Below are positions 58,950-64,000 of a stretch of DNA of 64,000 nt, piece by piece. The translations under genes and the position numbers were made by a program. Every line of letters starts with the position of its first letter. Positions within the stretch are counted from its first letter, which is position 1. The DNA lies in the NCBI GenBank assembly GCA_012026655.1, contig JAAILG010000064.1, positions 1 through 64,000 of the forward strand, written 5' to 3'. Source of the DNA: Hydrolagus affinis (Eukaryota). The notes beneath the pieces were generated by a model. That model ran no database searches. It saw only the letters and a list, made by a program, of their open reading frames with translations, and was not told the DNA's origin.

Positions 58950-59925
58950 CAACAACAATAATAAAATGACACTTCTATAGCGTCTTTCACGTCAGGAGGG
59001 CGTCCCAAGGCACTGGACAGTCATTGTTTCAGACCCAAGCTGGGGATGCTGGAGGGAAAGGGGGGGATTTGGGGTGACCAATGGGACCATCAAAGAGGAG
59101 GGTTTTGAGGCAGGACTTGAAGGAGGCCAGGAAGGGGGCGAGGCGGAGGGACTGCAGTATGGAATTCCAGAGGTTGGAGGTAGAGTGGCTGAAGGCTCAT
59201 CTACCGATGGTGGGGTGGGGGACACAGAGCAGGCCAGAGCCTGCTGAGAGGAGTGGGAGATTGGTAGGGGCTTAGGAGGTCGCAGAGGTAGAGTGGGCGA
59301 GGTCACGAAGGGCTTTGAAAGTGAGGACCGGGATCTTATAACAATAATCCTTGTATTTGATACAGTGTCCTTCCACGTCTTCTAGACGTCTCAAAGCGCT
59401 TCACAGAATGCACTGTAAAGTGAATTGACTGTATTTTTGTGAGTGAAATGCAGCAGCCAATTGCGCACAGCAGTATTCCACAAACAGTCTTGGATTGAAA
59501 TGACCAACTTTATTCTTGTGGTTTTTTTTGGAGGGATTATTATTAGGTATGTGGAGTAAGGAAACTTGCCCAAGGTTTTGCCCAGACCTGCCTGGATTTG
59601 AACACAGGTCTCACGTTTGTAAGGCGAGTGCTCTAACCACTGAGTGCTCTAACCACTGAACTGAATCCTCTGGATAATGGGGAGCCAATGGAGTCGGGCG
59701 AGGATGGGGGCAATGAGGTCACGAAGCTTCGAGCGGAAGGGTACACGGGCTGCAGAGTTCTGGATTACCTTCAGCCCATGGAGTGAGAAATTGGGAATGC
59801 CGACAAGCAGGGGGTTGGCGTAGTGGAGGCTGGATGTGATGAAGGTGTGAATGAGGGTTTGAATGAGCAGTGAGGTAGTGCGGAGTCGGGTAATATTGCG
59901 GAGGTGAGGGAAGGCAGACAAGTGA
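58950..59925 (-). mobile_element. L2 LINE 3' portion (ORF2 C-terminus and 3' UTR) interrupted by a SINE
   Basis: HLRNITRLR...LIQTLIHTFITSSLHYANPLLVGIP...LKVIQNSAARV...IAPILARLHWLPIIQRIQ is classic L2 ORF2. It continues as YKI..LTFKAL across the SINE and ends in the (TTG)-type tail at about 58950. Confidence 0.9.
59343..59660 (-). mobile_element. Full-length SINE, 5-nt-insertion variant, nested in L2
   Basis: Complete tail and body; head has a 16-nt tandem duplication (gagtgctctaaccact)2. Confidence 0.92.
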
Positions 59926-60759
59926 ATGTCAAATGTGGGCTTTTATTATGCTTCAAGTGTGCATGACTAATAACTAAAGCAGTAATATGACAGCACTTCT
60001 CCTTATAGCAATAATTTGTAAGAATGCAAATAACTATCACAAGCAGACGTGGATCATGGGGGCAGTGGAGAGAGAGAGAGTGGGTGGGGGGGGGAATCAT
60101 TTGACAGCTCTTTCCTGACTACAGTAATCTTTTCTTTTAAGAAAAACTCAAGAATAAATGTCAAACATAGACTTGTACCATGCCTCGAGAAATAATACAA
60201 GAAGGCTCTTCTTCTTGGCCGCTGTAAAAATAAACTGTTCATTGCATTTGGTTCTCACTGGCAAGGGCTTGATTTCAGTAGCTTGTCCTTTATGAGTAAT
60301 TTGTAGGATCTAAATTTTACCTGTCAATCTCTCTCAACGACTCACAAGCACACAAGCTGTTTAAACTTGCTGCCTCTCCTCATAAGACATCTTCAATACG
60401 TGAGGAGTTTTTGTTGATTGCCTGCCTTTAGCCCCAAGCTTCTTCTACATTCTCCAACCCTTGTGAAGCTGGAGTTCACTCACAATGTTAGAGATTTACC
60501 GTGACTCACTCCACACCTATCCTTGTGGTATCCGGTGCTTCGTAAGCCCTCACAACAACAGTGAAATGAATTGCAAACACACTTTTCAAAATCTTCTATG
60601 TGTTTTTTTTCCAATTTTTTTTGATTAAGCTAACAAGTCCTTCACACTTTTGTTGGCTATAGGATTGCATTGGTGACATACAATTCACATCTTGTCATGT
60701 ATAAAATCAGTTGTTCGTCAAATAGCAGATCGCTTGCTTTCCTGTGGGAAAATTAAAAA

Positions 60760-61015
60760 TGAATAATTTGGTCACTCAATCCATAACTGTTTTTTGGGAC
60801 CCAAATGGCTGCTACTGCCCACAAAGTAAACCGTCAATTCACTTTACAGTATATTCTGTGAAGGCACTTTGAGACGTCGATAAAATGTGAAAAGTGCTAT
60901 ATCAAATGCAAGGATTATTATTATTTTTATTATTATACAGTCAATTCACTTTATCGGTATGTTCTGACAAGCGCTTTGAGACGTGATAAGGCACTATATC
61001 AAATGCAAGGATTAT
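60760..61015 (+). mobile_element. SINE 3' half with a second tail copy in tandem
   Basis: gtcaattcacttt...ctttgagacg...ctatatcaaatgcaaggatta occurs twice (about 60833-60930 and 60937-61015). Confidence 0.85.
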
Positions 61016-61994
61016 ATCCATGTTGATGTTGCTTCATTCCATGTCTTACTTACAACATTAAATGCCAACCCAGAAAATAGATCAGCTTAGACACATAAGG
61101 TTTGGGCGAAGAGTCATCAAACCAAATTGGTCAATTTCAGGTGTGTTTGACCCTTTAGTTTCCACCCACTCCCTCCTCACCCCTGCCTTAACAGACTCTG
61201 TGCTCTATTACTCTATATGTCTCAAAGGGACGTTAGTTGGATTAGGGAATAGCAGCCCACAGATGTAACAGGGGCTACGGGAAATTGTAATGTGATCTTC
61301 ATGAGTTGAGGGATAATGAACTCCTAAGAAGAGAAGTAGCAAGGCTCGGGGTAACCAGAAAAGACGAGGCGAATGTACAAGAGCTGTTGTGGAGATGAAT
61401 AATGATTGCTTCTTGTCACAACCTGCAGAGCAGAGCACCAGAGCAGATGTTAGATTAGTGTTTAGCAGTTCATCAAAACTCATCAGTCACTTGGACTTGG
61501 ATGAGCAATTCACCTGTGATCGACTGCACAGTTTGTGTGATGCTCTTTCAAAGGGCAACTGCCAACAATAATAGTACGGAGGTGTGCCCTCAGGAATGCT
61601 AACATTGGAGGTATGGAAATCACCCCCAGAGAGGATTAAGTGGGGCAGCAGAACAAGAAAATAAAACAGATTTTGTTTTTGTGGAGAGGGTAGGGATAGT
61701 GGGAGGGTGAATTAGCTTATTTTAAGAAGGTTTCAAAGAGTTGAATGAAAAGCAAGTACAGGCCTATAGTGGAGGGAAGAAGAAGAAAAGGCACTTCAGC
61801 AGGACGTGAATAAAATGAGTAAATAATGAGAGCTAAGCTAACCTGAAGGGTGAACAGAAAGAACTATTTTCAAACATACATAGGAACAGAGGAAATATCA
61901 ATGATTGAGAGTCAAAGGAGAGGTATTTGAGTATAATTCAAAGGAGGTATTACAATACAGGTCCAGAAAAATAATGTGACTTGTTCGTCTCAGT

Positions 61995-62400
61995 AGGAAG
62001 CGTTCTTGCCTCTGAATCTTGAAGGTTGGGACATCTTTCCAACTTGAAGGGCAATACAAAGGTGTAATTTGTTGTTGTTGGTGGTGGTTCAACTCCTCAC
62101 CAGGACATTGAGCTTAAAGTCTGGGCTGAGACTCCAACACAGTGATGGGGGAACAACACATTGTTGGAGGTGCTGTCCTTTGGATCAGATATATCAAATG
62201 TAAAGATGATTATGCTATTATGAATAATAATCGTTGCATTTCATATAGCGCTTAACACATTTTATCGATGTCTCGAAGCGCTCCACAGAATATACTGTAA
62301 AGTGAATTGACTGTATGTTTGTGAGCCAAACGTTGCAGCCAATTGCACACATCAGTGTCCCACAAACAGTCGTGGATTGAAATGACCAATTTTATTGCTG
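61995..62400. mobile_element. Older DeuSINE head (+, about 61995-62190) and SINE 3' half (-, 62222-62400)
   Basis: cttgcctctgaatcttgaaggttgg...ttgttggaggtgctgtcctttggat, then reverse family tail and body. Confidence 0.7.
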
Positions 62401-63109
62401 TGTTTTTTTTCTTATTAGCTGTTGATGTTGGAAGCTGGGTTAGAAATCAAAGGCTAAAAGTTTATATGTGTTATTGACGAAAATGAAAAGATAGCAAGTA
62501 TGTCAAACTATTTCTTTTTCCACAAATGAAGACCGCCAAAGAAATCAATGTGTGTAAGGCACTCGGTCCAAATAGGTTATACAATCCTTAAGAAAATATG
62601 AGAGCAAATGATATTTTTAAGCTTGTACTATGAAGACAGGTTAATGATATTAAGTATGGAGTATGGAGAATATCGCAAGACTGCATTGAACAATTTGCCA
62701 AACTTTGGCTGTTGTAAGATGCTACGTCAGTTGAGTAAATCGAGACTCAGGTAGAATTTCTACCCTTAGGAGTCAGAAGCTGTAGCTAACACCTGTGGCG
62801 ATGGTTTGCACTCCACCTGCACCTGTTCATCTGTTACGATTGCTGCGTTTGAGCTTGCCTTCCACAGCAAAATGACAACGTAATCCAGCCAGGTCAAAAC
62901 AAAAACAGTGCCTCTCTATCCCTGCTCTGACTGCTCACGGAGTAGTGTAAATAGACTATAAGTAAATGCCATTTACTGGGAATAGGTCATATGATGCGCG
63001 TGGGGAGAAATTTCACCTGGCTGCAGATCTACCCTATTGATGTAACACCTTAGAGGGTCCAGAATGTGTTGAATTTTGTTTTTGACGGAGGATAGATCTT
63101 AATAGTACT

Positions 63110-63905
63110 CACAGTAGCCCATAGAAGAACTTAACGAGCAGGGAATTTCAAAAGGAAATTGGTTATATTCAAAAAGGAAAAAATTCCCAAACTATAGGAT
63201 AGCAGCAGGAGAGTGAAACTAGTTAGATAGTTCTTCCAAAGAGCCGACACAGGCACGATGGAATATACAATATGATGCAAAATTCCATTGGTTTAGCGCT
63301 TTTCACGTTTGGAGGATGTCCAAGGTGCTGGACAGTCAGTGATTGGGGGATGTGGGGGTTGCGATCGGGGAAGGTGGAGGGCAGGGAGAGTAGGAGAGTG
63401 GCTGAGTGCATGGGCAAAGAGCAATATAGTGGAAGTGCAAGGCTTTAGATGTTTATGCAGCTGTCCAGTTTCCAACATGTTACAGCCTTGAGCACATGTG
63501 TAACTGTATAATCACTGAATGTTTACAGCACTGAAAGAGGCCATATAGCCTATCGTGTCTGTGCTGGTGGTAACTTCTCTGGCCCATTCAAATCCCATTA
63601 CTGGGCTCTTTCCCTCATATCGTTCAATATAATTTCTTCTCAAATATCTGATCCTCATTCAAATGTCATTTTGACCTCAACAACAACAAATTGCAGTTGT
63701 ATAGTTGCTTTCATTATAGGAGGAGTCCCAAGGCCCTGGACACTCAGGGATCGGCAACCTCGCTGGTGATTGGGATCAGGATGGGATGGAGGATGAGGCG
63801 GATAGGGGTAGGAGGGTGACCCAGGCATAGTCGAAGAGGAGGGTTTTGAGACAGGTCTTGAAGGAGGCAAGGGAGGGAGCGAGGCATTTGTGGTAAAGCA
63901 TCCCA
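63110..63905. mobile_element. Cluster of CR1 (+ about 63110-63285; - about 63515-63655) and L2 (- about 63290-63400; - about 63680-63905) 3' fragments
   Basis: ttcaaaaggaaattgg...gagccgacacaggcacgatgg; acagcactgaaagaggccatatagcctatcg; caacaacaacaaattgcagttgtatag...gtcccaaggccctggac...gaagaggagggttttgagacaggtcttgaagga. Confidence 0.7.
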
Positions 63906-64000
63906 CGTTTTAACATCTAACATCTAAAACATCTAACTCCAGAAATGGGATAGAACTTGCCACGGGTGGAAGCTGAAAGAGATCTATGTGTGTTAATTGA

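Noticed and set aside
481-62400. Recurring motif aagcgctttgagacgtc...aaatgcaaggattattatt as a CRISPR-like or phased array
   Set aside because: Irregular spacing, both orientations, diverged copies and no cas genes; it is a dispersed SINE tail in a vertebrate genome.
544-63906. The many 60-160-aa ORFs in the supplied track, including recurrent peptides such as GKFPYSTRL and QSIHFTVYSVK
   Set aside because: Chance frames or translations of SINE copies; no recognisable domain, and many start at non-ATG codons.

Overview
Eukaryotic, not prokaryotic: vertebrate genomic DNA, most likely a cartilaginous fish. This is inferred from the repeat landscape (tRNA-headed DeuSINE-type SINE, CR1 and L2 LINE ends, Penelope-type inverted repeat); a chimaera is plausible but unproven. 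The window holds one protein-coding gene on the + strand, rab11fip2 (Rab11 family-interacting protein 2). Its coding exons are 16-368 (C2 domain), 23130-23566, 26775-27222 (three NPF motifs), a probable exon 4 at 37022-37169, and 43983-44207 (Rab11-binding domain), giving about 536 aa. A repeat-free 3' UTR of about 4.9 kb follows, ending near AATAAA at 49111. Introns and the 15 kb downstream contain about 40 copies or fragments of one SINE family (at least three structural variants), L2 and CR1 fragments, an internally deleted Tigger/pogo transposon, a Tigger-type MITE, several nested insertions, and repeat-free TF-site-rich blocks that look like conserved enhancers. Almost all short ORFs in the supplied track are spurious. 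I found no convincing novel multi-gene system. The best leads are a 72-bp hairpin with a decayed hammerhead-ribozyme signature, a phase-matched double donor/acceptor pair between exons 2 and 3, candidate cryptic or recursive splice sites, a degenerate ~32-bp TAATTA array, and putative enhancers. Repeat boundaries were read by eye and are approximate.
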